The position numbers and the translations under genes were made by a program. Shown one piece after another: positions 15,001-30,000 of a stretch of 64,000 nt of DNA (the first letter of the stretch is position 1; every line of letters starts with the position of its first letter). Origin of the DNA: Eledone cirrhosa (lineage: Eukaryota); NCBI GenBank assembly GCA_964016885.1, contig OZ024753.1:28520001-28584000 (forward strand), read 5' to 3'. Under the pieces are notes generated by a model that was not told the DNA's origin, made no database searches, and saw nothing but the letters and a program-made list of their open reading frames with translations.

Positions 15001-18000
15001 TGTATGGGCCTTGGTAGTTACAAAAGGGAGCTCTATATAATTATTACTGCCAGACAGTCACTCATGTATGGGCCTTGGTAGTTACAAAAGGGAGCTCTAT
15101 ATAATTATTACTGCCAGACAGTCACTCATGTATGGGCCTTGGTAGTTACAAAGGAGAGCTCTATATAATTATTACTGCCAGACAGTCACTCATGTATGGG
15201 CCTTGGTAGTTACAAAAGGGAGCTCTATATAATTATTACTGCCAGACAGTCACTCATGTATGGGCCTTGGTAGTTACAAAAGGGAGCTCTATATAATTAT
15301 TACTGCCAGACAGTCACTCATGTATGGGCCTTGGTATTTACAAAAGGGAGCTCTATATAATTATTACTGCCAGACAGTCACTCATGTATGGGCCTTGGTA
15401 GTTACAAAAGAGAGCTCTATATAATTATTACTCCCAGACAGTCACTCATGTATGGGCCTTGGTAGTTACAAAAGGGAGCTCTATATATTTATTACTGTCA
15501 GACAGTCACTCATGTATGGGCCTTGGTAGTTACAAAAGAGAGCTCTATATAATTATTACTGCCAGACAGTCACTCATGTATAGGCCTTGGTAGTTACAAA
15601 AGAGAGTTCTATATAATTATTACTGCCAGACAGTCACTCATGTATGGGCCTTGGTAGTTACAAAAGAGAGCTCTATATAATTATTACTGCCAGACAGTCA
15701 CTCATGTATGGGCCTTGGTAGTTACAAAAGAGAGTTCTATATAATTATTACTGCCAGACAGTCACTCATGTATGGGCCTTGGTAGTTACAAAAGACAGCT
15801 CTATATAATTATTACTGCCAGACAGTCACTCATGTATGGGCCTTGGTAGTTACAAAAGACAGCTCTATATAATTATTACTGCCAGACAGTCACTCATGTA
15901 TGGGCCTTGATAGTTACAAAAGGGAGCTCTATATAATTATTACTGCCAGACAGTCACTCATGTATGGGCCTTGGTAGTTACAAAGGAGAGCTCTATATAA
16001 TTATTACTGCCAGACAGTCACTCATGTATGGGCCTTGGTAGTTACAAAAGGGAGCTCTATATAATTATTACTGCCAGACAGTCACTCATGTATAGGCCTT
16101 GGTAGTTAAAAAAGAGTGTTCTATATAATTATTACTGCCAGACAGTCACTCATGTATGTGCCTTGATAGTTACAAAAGAGAGCTCTATATAATTATTACT
16201 TCCAAACAGTCACTCATGTATGGGCCTTGGTAGTTACAAAAGACAGCTCTATATAATTATTACTGCCAGACAGTCACTCATGTATGTGCCTTGGCAGTTA
16301 CAAAAGAGAGCTCTATATAATTATTACTTCCAAACAGTCACTCATGTATGGGCCTTGGTAGTTACAAAAGAGAGCTCTATATAATTATTACTGCCAGACA
16401 GTCACTCATGTATGTGCCTTGGCAGTTACAAAAGACAGCTCTATATAATTATTACTTCCAAACAGTCACTCATGTATGGGCCTTGGGAGTTACAAAAGAC
16501 AGCTCTATATGATTATTACTGCCAGAGAGTCACTCATGTATGGGCCTTGATAGTTACAAAAGAGAGCTCTATATAATTATTACTGCCAGACAGTCACTCA
16601 TGTATGGGCCTTGGTAGTTACAAAAGAGAGCTCTATATAATTATTACTGCCAGACAGTCACTCATGTATAGTCCTTGGTAGTTACAAAAGAGAGCTCTAT
16701 ATAATTATTACTGCCAGACAGTCACTCATGTATGGGCCTTGGTAGTTACAAAGGAGAGCTCTATATAATTATTACTGCCAGACAGTCACTCATGTATGGG
16801 CCTTGGTAGTTACAAAAGGGAGCTCTATATAATTATTACTGCCAGACAGTCACTCATGTATGGGCCTTGGTAGTTACAAAAGGGAGCTCTATATAATTAT
16901 TACTGCCAGACAGTCACTCATGTATGGGCCTTAGTATTTACAAAAGGGAGCTCTATATAATTATTACTGCCAGACAGTCACTCATGTATGGGCCTTGGTA
17001 GTTGCAAAAGACAGCTCTATATAATTATTACTGCCAGACAGTCACTCATGTATGGGCCTTGGTAGTTACAAAAGAGAATTCTATATAATTATTACTGCCA
17101 GACAGTCACTCATGTATGGGCCTTGGTAGTTACAAAAGAGAGCTCTATATAATTATTACTGCCAGACAGACACTCATGTATGGGCCTTGGAAGTTACAAA
17201 AGAGAGCTCTATATAATTATTACTTCCAAACAGTCACTCATGTATGGGCCTTGGTAGTTACAAAAGAGAGCTCTATATAATTATTACTGCCAGACAGTCA
17301 CTCATGTATGGGCCGTGGTAGTTACAAAAGAGAGTTCTATATAATTATTACTGCCAGACAGTCACTCATGTATGGGCCTTGTTAGTTACAAAAGAGAGCT
17401 CTATATAATTATTACTGCCAGACAGTCACTCATGTATGGGCCTTGATAGTTACAAAAGGGAGCTCTATATAATTATTACTGCCAGACAGTCACTCATGTA
17501 TGGGCCTTGGTAGTTACAAAGGAGAGCTCTATATAATTATTACTGCCAGACAGTCACTCATGTATGGGCCTTGGTAGTTACAAAGGAGAGCTCTATATAA
17601 TTATTACTGCCAGACAGTCACTCATGTATGGGCCTTGGTAGTTACAAAAGGGAGCTCTATATAATTATTACTGCCAGACAGTCACTCATGTATAGGCCTT
17701 GGTAGTTAAAAAAGAGTGTTCTATATAATTATTACTGCCAGACAGTCACTCATGTATGTGCCTTGATAGTTACAAAAGAGAGCTCTATATAATTATTACT
17801 TCCAAACAGTCACTCATGTATGGGCCTTGGTAGTTACAAAAGACAGCTCTATATAATTATTACTGCCAGACAGTCACTCATGTATGGGCCTTGGTAGTTT
17901 CAAAAGGGAGCTCTATATAATTATTACTGCCTGACAGTCACTCATGTATAGGCCTTGGTAGTTAAAAAAGAGTGTTCTATATAATTATTACTGCCAGACA

Positions 18001-21000
18001 GTCACTCATGTATGGGCCTTGGTAGTTACAAAGGAGAGCTCTATATAATTATTACTGCCAGACAGTCACTCATGTATGGGCCTTGGTAGTTACAAAAGGG
18101 AGCTCTATATAATTATTACTGCCAGACAGTCACTCATGTATGGGCCTTGGTAGTTACAAAAGGGAGCTCTATATAATTATTACTGCCAGACAGTCACTCA
18201 TGTATGGGCCTTAGTATTTACAAAAGGGAGCTCTATATAATTATTACTGCCAGACAGTCACTCATGTATGGGCCTTGGTAGTTACAAAAGAGAGCTCTAT
18301 ATAATTATTACTGCCAGACAGTCACTCATGTATGGGCCTTGGTAGTTACAAAAGAGAATTCTATATAATTATTACTGCCAGACAGTCACTCATGTATGGG
18401 CCTTGGTAGTTACAAAAGAGAGCACTATATAATTATTACTGCCAGACAGTCACTCATGTATGGGCCTTGGAAGTTACAAAAGAGAGCTCTATATAATTAT
18501 TACTTCCAAACAGTCACTCATGTATGGGCCTTGGTAGTTACAAAAGAGAGCTCTATATAATTATTACTGCCAGACAGTCACTCATGTATGGGCCTTGGTA
18601 GTTACAAAAGAGAGTTCTATATAATTATTACTGCCAGACAGTCACTCATGTATGGGCCTTGTTAGTTACAAAAGAGAGCTCTATATAATTATTACTGCCA
18701 GACAGTCACTCATGTATGGGCGTTGGAAGTTTCAAAAGAGAGCTCTATATAATTATTACTTCCAAACAGTCACTCATGTATGGGTCTTGGTAGTTACAAA
18801 AGGGAGCTCTATATAATTATTACTGCCAGACAGTCACTCATGTATAGCCCTTGGTAGTTACAAAAGAGAGTTCTATATAATTATTACTGCCAGACAGTCA
18901 CTCATGTATAGGCCTTGGTAGTTACAAAAGATAGTTCTATATAATTATTACTGCCAGACAGTCACTCATGTATAGGCCTTGGTAGTTACAAAAGAGAGTT
19001 CTATATAATTATTACTGCCAGACAGTCACTCATGTATGGGCCTTGGTAGTTACAAAAGACAGGTCTATATAATTATTACTGCCAGACAGTCACTCATGTA
19101 TGGGCCTTGGTAGTTACAAAAGACAGCTCTATATAATTATTACTGCCAGACAGTCACTCATGTATGGGCCTTGGTAGTTACAAAAGAGAATTCTATATAA
19201 TTATTACTGCCAGATAGTCACTCATGTATGGGCCTTGGTAGTTACAAAAGAGAGCTCTATATAATTATTACTGCCAGACAGTCACTCATGTATGGGCCTT
19301 GGAAGTTACAAAAGAGAGCTCTATATAATTATTACTTCCAAACAGTCACTCATGTATGGGCCTTGGTAGTTACAAAAGAGAGCTCTATATAATTATTACT
19401 GCCAGACAGTCACTCATGTATGGGCCGTGGTAGTTACAAAAGAGAGTTCTATATAATTATTACTTCCAAAGAGTCACTCATGTATGGGCCTTGGTAGTTA
19501 CAAAAGAGAGCTCTATATAATTATTACTGCCAGACAGTCACTCATGTATGGGCCGTGGTAATTACAAAAGAGAGTTCTATATAATTATTACTGCCAGACA
19601 GTCACTCATGTATGGGCCTTGTTAGTTACAAAAGAGAGCTCTATATAATTATTACTGCCAGACAGTCACTCATGTATGGGCCTTGGTAGTTACAAAGGAG
19701 AGCTCTATATAATTATTACTGCCAGACAGTCACTCATGTATGGGCCTTGGTAGTTACAAAAGGGAGCTCTATATAATTATTACTGCCAGACAGTCACTCA
19801 TGTATGGGCCTTGGTAGTTACAAAGGAGAGCTCTATATAATTATTACTGCCAGACAGTCACTCATGTATGGGCCTTGGTAGTTACAAAAGGGAGCTCTAT
19901 ATAATTATTACTGCCAGACAGTCACTCATGTATGGGCCTTGATAGTTACAAAAGGGAGCTCTATATAATTATTACTGCCAGACAGTCACTCATGTATGGG
20001 CCTTAGTATTTACAAAAGGGAGCTCTATATAATTATTACTGCCAGACAGTCACTCATGTATGGGCCTTGGTAGTTACAAAAGAGAGCTCTATATAATTAT
20101 TACTGCCAGACAGTCACTCATGTATGGGCCTTGGTAGTTACAAAAGAGAATTCTATATAATTATTACTGCCAGACAGTCACTCATGTATGGGCCTTGGTA
20201 GTTACAAAAGAGAGCACTATATAATTATTACTGCCAGACAGTCACTCATGTATGGGCCTTGGAAGTTACAAAAGAGAGCTCTATATAATTATTACTTCCA
20301 AACAGTCACTCATGTATGGGCCTTGGTAGTTACAAAAGAGAGCTCTATATAATTATTACTGCCAGACAGTCACTCATGTATGGGCCTTGGTAGTTACAAA
20401 AGAGAGTTCTATATAATTATTACTGCCAGACAGTCACTCATGTATGGGCCTTGTTAGGTATAAAAGAGAGCTCTATATAATTATTACTGCCAGACATTCA
20501 CTCATGTATGGGCGTTGGAAGTTTCAAAAGAGAGCTCTATATAATTATTACTTCCAAACAGTCACTCATGTATGGGTCTTGGTAGTTACAAAAGGGAGCT
20601 CTATATAATTATTACTGCCAGACAGTCACTCATGTATAGCCCTTGGTAGTTACAAAAGAGAGTTCTATATAATTATTACTGCCAGACAGTCACTCATGTA
20701 TAGGCCTTGGTAGTTACAAAAGATAGTTCTATATAATTATTACTGCCAGACAGTCACTCATGTATAGGCCTTGGTAGTTACAAAAGAGAGTTCTATATAA
20801 TTATTACTGCCAGACAGTCACTCATGTATGGGCCTTGGTAGTTACAAAAGACAGGTCTATATAATTATTACTGCCAGACAGTCACTCATGTATGGGCCTT
20901 GGTAGTTACAAAAGACAGCTCTATATAATTATTACTGCCAGACAGTCACTCATGTATGGGCCTTGGTAGTTACAAAAGAGAATTCTATATAATTATTACT

Positions 21001-24000
21001 GCCAGATAGTCACTCATGTATGGGCCTTGGTAGTTACAAAAGAGAGCTCTATATAATTATTACTGCCAGACAGTCACTCATGTATGGGCCTTGGAAGTTA
21101 CAAAAGAGAGCTCTATATAATTATTACTTCCAAACAGTCACTCATGTATGGGCCTTGGTAGTTACAAAAGAGAGCTCTATATAATTATTACTGCCAGACA
21201 GTCACTCATGTATGGGCCGTGGTAGTTACAAAAGAGAGTTCTATATAATTATTAGTTCCAAAGAGTCACTCATGTATGGGCCTTGGTAGTTACAAAAGAG
21301 AGCTCTATATAATTATTACTGCCAGACAGTCACTCATGTATGGGCCGTGGTAGTTACAAAAGAGAGTTCTATATAATTATTACTGCCAGACAGTCACTCA
21401 TGTATGGGCCTTGTTAGTTACAAAAGAGAGCTCTATATAATTATTACTGCCAGACAGTCACTCATGTATGGGCCTTGATAGTTACAAAAGGGAGCTCTAT
21501 ATAATTATTACTGCCAGACAGTCACTCATGTATGGGCCTTGGTAGTTACAAAGGAGAGCTCTATATAATTATTACTGCCAGACAGTCACTCATGTATGGG
21601 CCTTGGTAGTTACAAAAGGGAGCTCTATATAATTATTACTGCCAGACAGTCACTCATGTATAGGCCTTGGTAGTTAAAAAAGAGTGTTCTATATAATTAT
21701 TACTGCCAGACAGTCACTCATGTATGTGCCTTGGCAGTTACAAAAGAGAGCTCTATATAATTATTACTTCCAAACAGTCACTCATGTATGGGCCTTGGGA
21801 GTTACAAAAGACAGCTCTATATAATTATTACTGCCAGAGAGTCACTCATGTATGGGCCTTGATAGTTACAAAAGAGAGCTCTATATAATTATTACTGCCA
21901 GACAGTCACTCATGTATGGGCCTTGGTAGTTACAAAAGAGAGCTCTATATAATTGTTACTGCCAGACAGTCACTCATGTATGGGCCTTGGTAGTTACAAA
22001 AGAGAGCTCTATATAATTATTACTGCCAGACAGTCACTCATGTATAGTCCTTGGTAGTTACAAAAGAGAGCTCTATATAATTATTACTGCCAGACAGTCA
22101 CTCATGTATGGGCCTTGGTAGTTACAAAGGAGAGCTCTATATAATTATTACTGCCAGACAGTCACTCATGTATGGGCCTTGGTAGTTACAAAAATAAGCT
22201 CTATATAATTATTACTGCCAGACAGTCACTCATGTATGGGCCTTGGTAGTTACAAAAGGGAGCTCTATATAATTATTACTGCCAGACAGTCACTCATGTA
22301 TGGGCCTTAGTATTTACAAAAGGGAGCTCTATATAATTATTACTGCCAGACAGTCACTCATGTATGGGCCTTGGTAGTTACAAAAGAGAGCTCTATATAA
22401 TTATTACTGCCAGACAGTCACTCATGTATGGGCCTTGGTAGTTACAAAAGAGAATTCTATATAATTATTACTGCCAGACAGTCACTCATGTATGGGCCTT
22501 GGTAGTTACAAAAGAGAGCTCTATATAATTATTACTGCCAGACAGTCACTCATGTATGGGCCTTGGAAGTTACAAAAGAGAGCTCTATATAATTATTACT
22601 TCCAAACAGTCACTCATGTATGGGCCTTGGTAGTTACAAAAGAGAGCTCTATATAATTATTACTGCCAGACAGTCACTCATGTATGGGCCTTGGTAGTTA
22701 CAAAAGAGAGTTCTATATAATTATTACTGCCAGACAGTCACTCATGTATGGGCCTTGTTAGTTACAAAAGAGAGCTCTATATAATTATTACTGCCAGACA
22801 GTCACTCATGTATGGGCGTTGGAAGTTTCAAAAGAGAGCTCTATATAATTATTACTTCCAAACAGTCACTCATGTATGGGTCTTGGTAGTTACAAAAGGG
22901 AGCTCTATATAATTATTACTGCCAGACAGTCACTCATGTATAGCCATTTGTAGTTACAAAAGAGAGTTCTATATAATTATTACTGCCAGACAGTCACTCA
23001 TGTATAGGCCTTGGTAGTTACAAAAGAGAGTTCTATATAATTATTACTGCCAGACAGTCACTCATGTATAGGCCTTGGTAGTTATAAAAGAGAGTTCTAT
23101 ATAATTATTACTGCCAGACAGTCACTCATGTATGGGCCTTGGTAGTTACAAAAGACAGCTCTATATAATTATTACTGCCAGACAGTCACTCATGTATGGG
23201 CCTTGGTAGTTACAAAAGACAGCTCTATATAATTATTACTGCCAGACAGTCACTCATGTCTGGGCCTTGATAGTTACAAAAGGGAGCTCTATATAATTAT
23301 TACTGCCAGACAGTCACTCATGTATGGGCCTTGGTAGTTACAAAGGAGAACTCTATATAATTATTACTGCCAGACAGTCACTCATGTATGGGCCTTGGTA
23401 GTTACAAAAGGGAGCTCTATATAATTATTACTGCCAGACAGTCACTCATGTATAGGCCTTGGTAGTTACAAAAGAGTGTTCTATATAATTATTACTGCCA
23501 GACAGTCACTCATCTTTGTGCCTTGATAGTTACAAAAGGGAGCTCTATATAATTATTACTGCCAGACAGTCACTCATGTATGGGCCTTGGTATTTACAAT
23601 AGGGAGCTCTATATAATTATTACTGTCAGACAGTCACTCATGTATGGGCCTTGGTAGTTACAAAAGAGAGCTCTATATAATTATTACTTCCAAACAGTCA
23701 CTCATGTATGGGCCTTGGTAGTTACAAAAGACAGCTCTATATAATTATTACTGCCAGACAGTCACTCATGTATGTGCCTTGGCAGTTACAAAAGAGAGCT
23801 CTATATAATTATTACTGCCAGACAGTCACTCATGTATAGGCCTTGGTAGTTACAAAAGAGAGCTCTATATAATTATTACTGCCAGACAGTCATTCATGTA
23901 TGGGCCTTGGTAGTTACAAAGGAGAGCTCTATATAATTATTACTGCCAGACAGTCACTCATGTATGGGCCTTGGTAGTTACAAAAGGGAGCTCTATATAA

Positions 24001-27000
24001 TTATTACTGCCAGACAGTCACTCATGTATGGGCCTTGGTAGTTACAAAAGGGACCTCTATATAATTAATACTGCCAGACAGTCACTCATGTATGGGCCTT
24101 GGTATTTACAAAAGGGAGCTCTATTTAATTATTACTGCCAGACAGTCACTCATGTATGGGCCTTGGTAGTTACAAAAGAGAGCTCTATATAATTATTACT
24201 CCCAGACAGTCACTCATGTATGGGCCTTGGTAGTTACAAAAGGGAGCTCTATATATTTATTACTGCCAGACAGTCACTCATGTATGGGCCTTGGTAGTTA
24301 CAAAAGAGAGCTCTATATAATTATTACTGCCAGACAGTCACTCATGTATGGGCCTTGGTAGTTACAAAAGACAGCTCTATATAATTATTACTGCCAGACA
24401 GTCACTCATGTATGGGCCTTGGTAGTTACAAAAGCGAGCTCTATATAATTATTACTACCAGACAGTCACTCATGTATGGGCCTTGGTAGTTACAAAAGAG
24501 AGCTCTATATAATTATTACTGCCAGACAGCCACTCATGTATGGGCCTTGGTAGTTACAAAAGAGAGTTCTATATAATTATTACTGCCAGACAGTCACTCA
24601 TGTATGGGCCTTGTTAGTTACAAAAGAGAGCTCTATATAATTATTACTGCCAGACAGTCACTCATGTATGGGCGTTGGAAGTTTCAAAAGAGAGCTCTAT
24701 ATAATTATTACTTCCAAACAGTCACTCATGTATGGGTCTTGGTAGTTACAAAAGGGAGCTCTATATAATTATTACTGCCAGACAGTCACTCATGTATAGC
24801 CCTTGGTAGTTACAAAAGAGAGTTCTATATAATTATTACTGCCAGACAGTCACTCATGTATAGGCCTTGGTAGTTACAAAAGAGAGTTCTATATAATTAT
24901 TACTGCCAGACAGTCACTCATGTATAGGCCTTGGTAGTTACAAAAGAGAATTCTATATAATTATTACTGCCAGACAGTCACTCATGTATGGGCCTTGGTA
25001 GTTACAAAAGACAGCTCTATATAATTATTACTGCCAGACAGTCACTCATGTATGGGCCTTGGTAGTTACAAAAGACAGCTCTATATAATTATTACTGCCA
25101 GACAGTCACTCATGTATGGGCCTTGGTAGTTACAAAAGAGAATTCTATATAATTATTACTGCCAGACAGTCACTCATGTATGGGCCTTGGTAGTTACAAA
25201 AGAGAGCTCTATATAATTATTACTGCCAGACAGTCACTCATGTATGGGCCTTGATAGTTACAAAAGGGAGCTCTATATAATTATTACTGCCAGACAGTCA
25301 CTCATGTATGGGCCTTGGTAGTTACAAAGGAGAGCTCTATATAATTATTACTGCCAGACAGTCACTCATGTATGGGCCTTGGTAGTTACAAAAGACAGCT
25401 CTATATAATTATTACTGCCAGACAGTCACTCATGTATAGGCCTTGGTAGTTAAAAAAGAGTGTTCTATATAATTATTACTGCCAGACAGTCACTCATGTA
25501 TGTGCCTTGGCAGTTACAAAAGAGAGCTCTATATAATTATTACTTCCAAACAGTCACTCATGTATGGGCCTTGGGAGTTACAAAAGACAGCTCTATATAA
25601 TTATTACTGCCAGAGAGTCACTCATGTATGGGCCTTGATAGTTACAAAAGAGAGCTCTATATAATTATTACTGCCAGACAGTCACTCATGTATGGGCCTT
25701 GGTAGTTACAAAAGAGAGCTCTATATAATTGTTACTGCCAGACAGTCACTCATGTATGGGCCTTGGTAGTTACAAAAGAGAGCTCTATATAATTATTACT
25801 GCCAGACAGTCACTCATGTATAGTCCTTGGTAGTTACAAAAGAGAGCTCTATATAATTATTACTGCCAGACAGTCACTCATGTATGGGCCTTGGTAGTTA
25901 CAAAGGAGAGCTCTATATAATTATTACTGCCAGACAGTCACTCATGTATGGGCCTTGGTAGTTACAAAAATAAGCTCTATATAATTATTACTGCCAGACA
26001 GTCACTCATGTATGGGCCTTGGTAGTTACAAAAGGGAGCTCTATATAATTATTACTGCCAGACAGTCACTCATGTATGGGCCTTAGTATTTACAAAAGGG
26101 AGCTCTATATAATTATTACTGCCAGACAGTCACTCATGTATGGGCCTTGGTAGTTACAAAAGAGAGCTCTATATAATTATTACTGCCAGACAGTCACTCA
26201 TGTATGGGCCTTGGTAGTTACAAAAGAGAATTCTATATAATTATTACTGCCAGACAGTCACTCATGTATGGGCCTTGGTAGTTACAAAAGAGAGCTCTAT
26301 ATAATTATTACTGCCAGACAGTCACTCATGTATGGGCCTTGGAAGTTACAAAAGAGAGCTCTATATAATTATTACTTCCAAACAGTCACTCATGTATGGG
26401 CCTTGGTAGTTACAAAGGAGAGCTCTATATAATTATTACTGCCAGACAGTCACTCATGTATGGGCCTTGGTAGTTACAAAAGGGAGCTCTATATAATTAT
26501 TACTGCCAGACAGTCACTCATGTATGGGCCTTGGTAGTTACAAAAGGGACCTCTATATAATTATTACTGCCAGACAGTCACTCATGTATGGGCCTTGGTA
26601 TTTACAAAAGGGAGCTCTATTTAATTATTACTGCCAGACAGTCACTCATGTATGGGCCTTGGTAGTTACAAAAGAGAGCTCTATATAATTATTACTCCCA
26701 GACAGTCACTCATGTATGGGCCTTGGTAGTTACAAAAGGGAGCTCTATATATTTATTACTGCCAGACAGTCACTCATGTATGGGCCTTGGTAGTTACAAA
26801 AGAGAGCTCTATATAATTATTACTGCCAGACAGTCACTCATGTATGGGCCTTGGTAGTTACAAAAGACAGCTCTATATAATTATTACTGCCAGACAGTCA
26901 CTCATGTATGGGCCTTGGTAGTTACAAAAGCGAGCTCTATATAATTATTACTACCAGACAGTCACTCATGTATGGGCCTTGGTAGTTACAAAAGAGAGCT

Positions 27001-30000
27001 CTATATAATTATTACTGCCAGACAGCCACTCATGTATGGGCCTTGGTAGTTACAAAAGAGAGTTCTATATAATTATTACTGCCAGACAGTCACTCATGTA
27101 TGGGCCTTGTTAGTTACAAAAGAGAGCTCTATATAATTATTACTGCCAGACAGTCACTCATGTATGGGCGTTGGAAGTTTCAAAAGAGAGCTCTATATAA
27201 TTATTACTTCCAAACAGTCACTCATGTATGGGTCTTGGTAGTTACAAAAGGGAGCTCTATATAATTATTACTGCCAGACAGTCACTCATGTATAGCCCTT
27301 GGTAGTTACAAAAGAGAGTTCTATATAATTATTACTGCCAGACAGTCACTCATGTATAGGCCTTGGTAGTTACAAAAGAGAGTTCTATATAATTATTACT
27401 GCCAGACAGTCACTCATGTATAGGCCTTGGTAGTTACAAAAGAGAATTCTATATAATTATTACTGCCAGACAGTCACTCATGTATGGGCCTTGGTAGTTA
27501 CAAAAGACAGCTCTATATAATTATTACTGCCAGACAGTCACTCATGTATGGGCCTTGGTAGTTACAAAAGACAGCTCTATATAATTATTACTGCCAGACA
27601 GTCACTCATGTATGGGCCTTGGTAGTTACAAAAGAGAATTCTATATAATTATTACTGCCAGACAGTCACTCATGTATGGGCCTTGGTAGTTACAAAAGAG
27701 AGCTCTATATAATTATTACTGCCAGACAGTCACTCATGTATGGGCCTTGATAGTTACAAAAGGGAGCTCTATATAATTATTACTGCCAGACAGTCACTCA
27801 TGTATGGGCCTTGGTAGTTACAAAGGAGAGCTCTATATAATTATTACTGCCAGACAGTCACTCATGTATGGGCCTTGGTAGTTACAAAAGACAGCTCTAT
27901 ATAATTATTACTGCCAGACAGTCACTCATGTATAGGCCTTGGTAGTTAAAAAAGAGTGTTCTATATAATTATTACTGCCAGACAGTCACTCATGTATGTG
28001 CCTTGGCAGTTACAAAAGAGAGCTCTATATAATTATTACTTCCAAACAGTCACTCATGTATGGGCCTTGGGAGTTACAAAAGACAGCTCTATATAATTAT
28101 TACTGCCAGAGAGTCACTCATGTATGGGCCTTGATAGTTACAAAAGAGAGCTCTATATAATTATTACTGCCAGACAGTCACTCATGTATGGGCCTTGGTA
28201 GTTACAAAAGAGAGCTCTATATAATTGTTACTGCCAGACAGTCACTCATGTATGGGCCTTGGTAGTTACAAAAGAGAGCTCTATATAATTATTACTGCCA
28301 GACAGTCACTCATGTATAGTCCTTGGTAGTTACAAAAGAGAGCTCTATATAATTATTACTGCCAGACAGTCACTCATGTATGGGCCTTGGTAGTTACAAA
28401 GGAGAGCTCTATATAATTATTACTGCCAGACAGTCACTCATGTATGGGCCTTGGTAGTTACAAAAATAAGCTCTATATAATTATTACTGCCAGACAGTCA
28501 CTCATGTATGGGCCTTGGTAGTTACAAAAGGGAGCTCTATATAATTATTACTGCCAGACAGTCACTCATGTATGGGCCTTAGTATTTACAAAAGGGAGCT
28601 CTATATAATTATTACTGCCAGACAGTCACTCATGTATGGGCCTTGGTAGTTACAAAAGAGAGCTCTATATAATTATTACTGCCAGACAGTCACTCATGTA
28701 TGGGCCTTGGTAGTTACAAAAGAGAATTCTATATAATTATTACTGCCAGACAGTCACTCATGTATGGGCCTTGGTAGTTACAAAAGAGAGCTCTATATAA
28801 TTATTACTGCCAGACAGTCACTCATGTATGGGCCTTGGAAGTTACAAAAGAGAGCTCTATATAATTATTACTTCCAAACAGTCACTCATGTATGGGCCTT
28901 GGTAGTTACAAAAGAGAGCTCTATATAATTATTACTGCCAGACAGTCACTCATGTATGGGCCTTGGTAGTTACAAAAGAGAGTTCTATATAATTATTACT
29001 GCCAGACAGTCACTCATGTATGGGCGTTGGAAGTTTCAAAAGAGAGCTCTATATAATTATTACTTCCAAACAGTCACTCATGTATGGGTCTTGGTAGTTA
29101 CAAAAGGGAGCTCTATATAATTATTACTGCCAGACAGTCACTCATGTATAGCCCTTGGTAGTTACAAAAGAGAGTTCTATATAATTATTACTGCCAGACA
29201 GTCACTCATGTATAGGCCTTGGTAGTTACAAAAGAGAGTTCTATATAATTATTATTGCCAGACAGTCACTCATGTATAGGCCTTGGTAGTTACAAAAGAG
29301 AGTTCTATATAATTATTACTGCCAGACTGTCACTCATGTATGGGCCTTGGTAGTTACAAAAGACAGCTCTATATAATTATTACTGCCAGACAGTCACTCA
29401 TGTATGGGCCTTGGTAGTTACAAAAGACAGCTCTATATAATTATTACTGCCAGACAGTCACTCATGTATAGGCCTTTGTAGTTACAAAAGAGAGTTCTAT
29501 ATAATTATTACTGCCAGGCAGTCACTCATGTATGGGCCTTGGTAGTTACAAAAGACAGCTCTATATAATTATTACTGCCAGACAGTCACTCATGTCTGGG
29601 CCTTGATAGTTACAAAAGGGAGCTCTATTTAATTATTACTGCCAGACAGTCACTCATGTATGGGCCTTGGTAGTTACAAAGGAGAACTCTATATAATTAT
29701 TACTGCCAGACAGTCACTCATGTATGGGCCTTGGTAGTTACAAAAGGGAGCTCTATATAATTATTACTGCCAGACAGTCACTCATGTATAGGCCTTGGTA
29801 GTTACAAAAGAGTGTTCTATATAATTATTACTGCCAGACAGTCACTCATCTTTGTGCCTTGATAGTTACAAAAGGGAGCTCTATATAATTATTACTGCCA
29901 GACAGTCACTCATGTATGGGCCTTGGTATTTACAATAGGGAGCTCTATATAATTATTACTGTCAGACAGTCACTCATGTATGGGCCTTGGTAGTTACAAA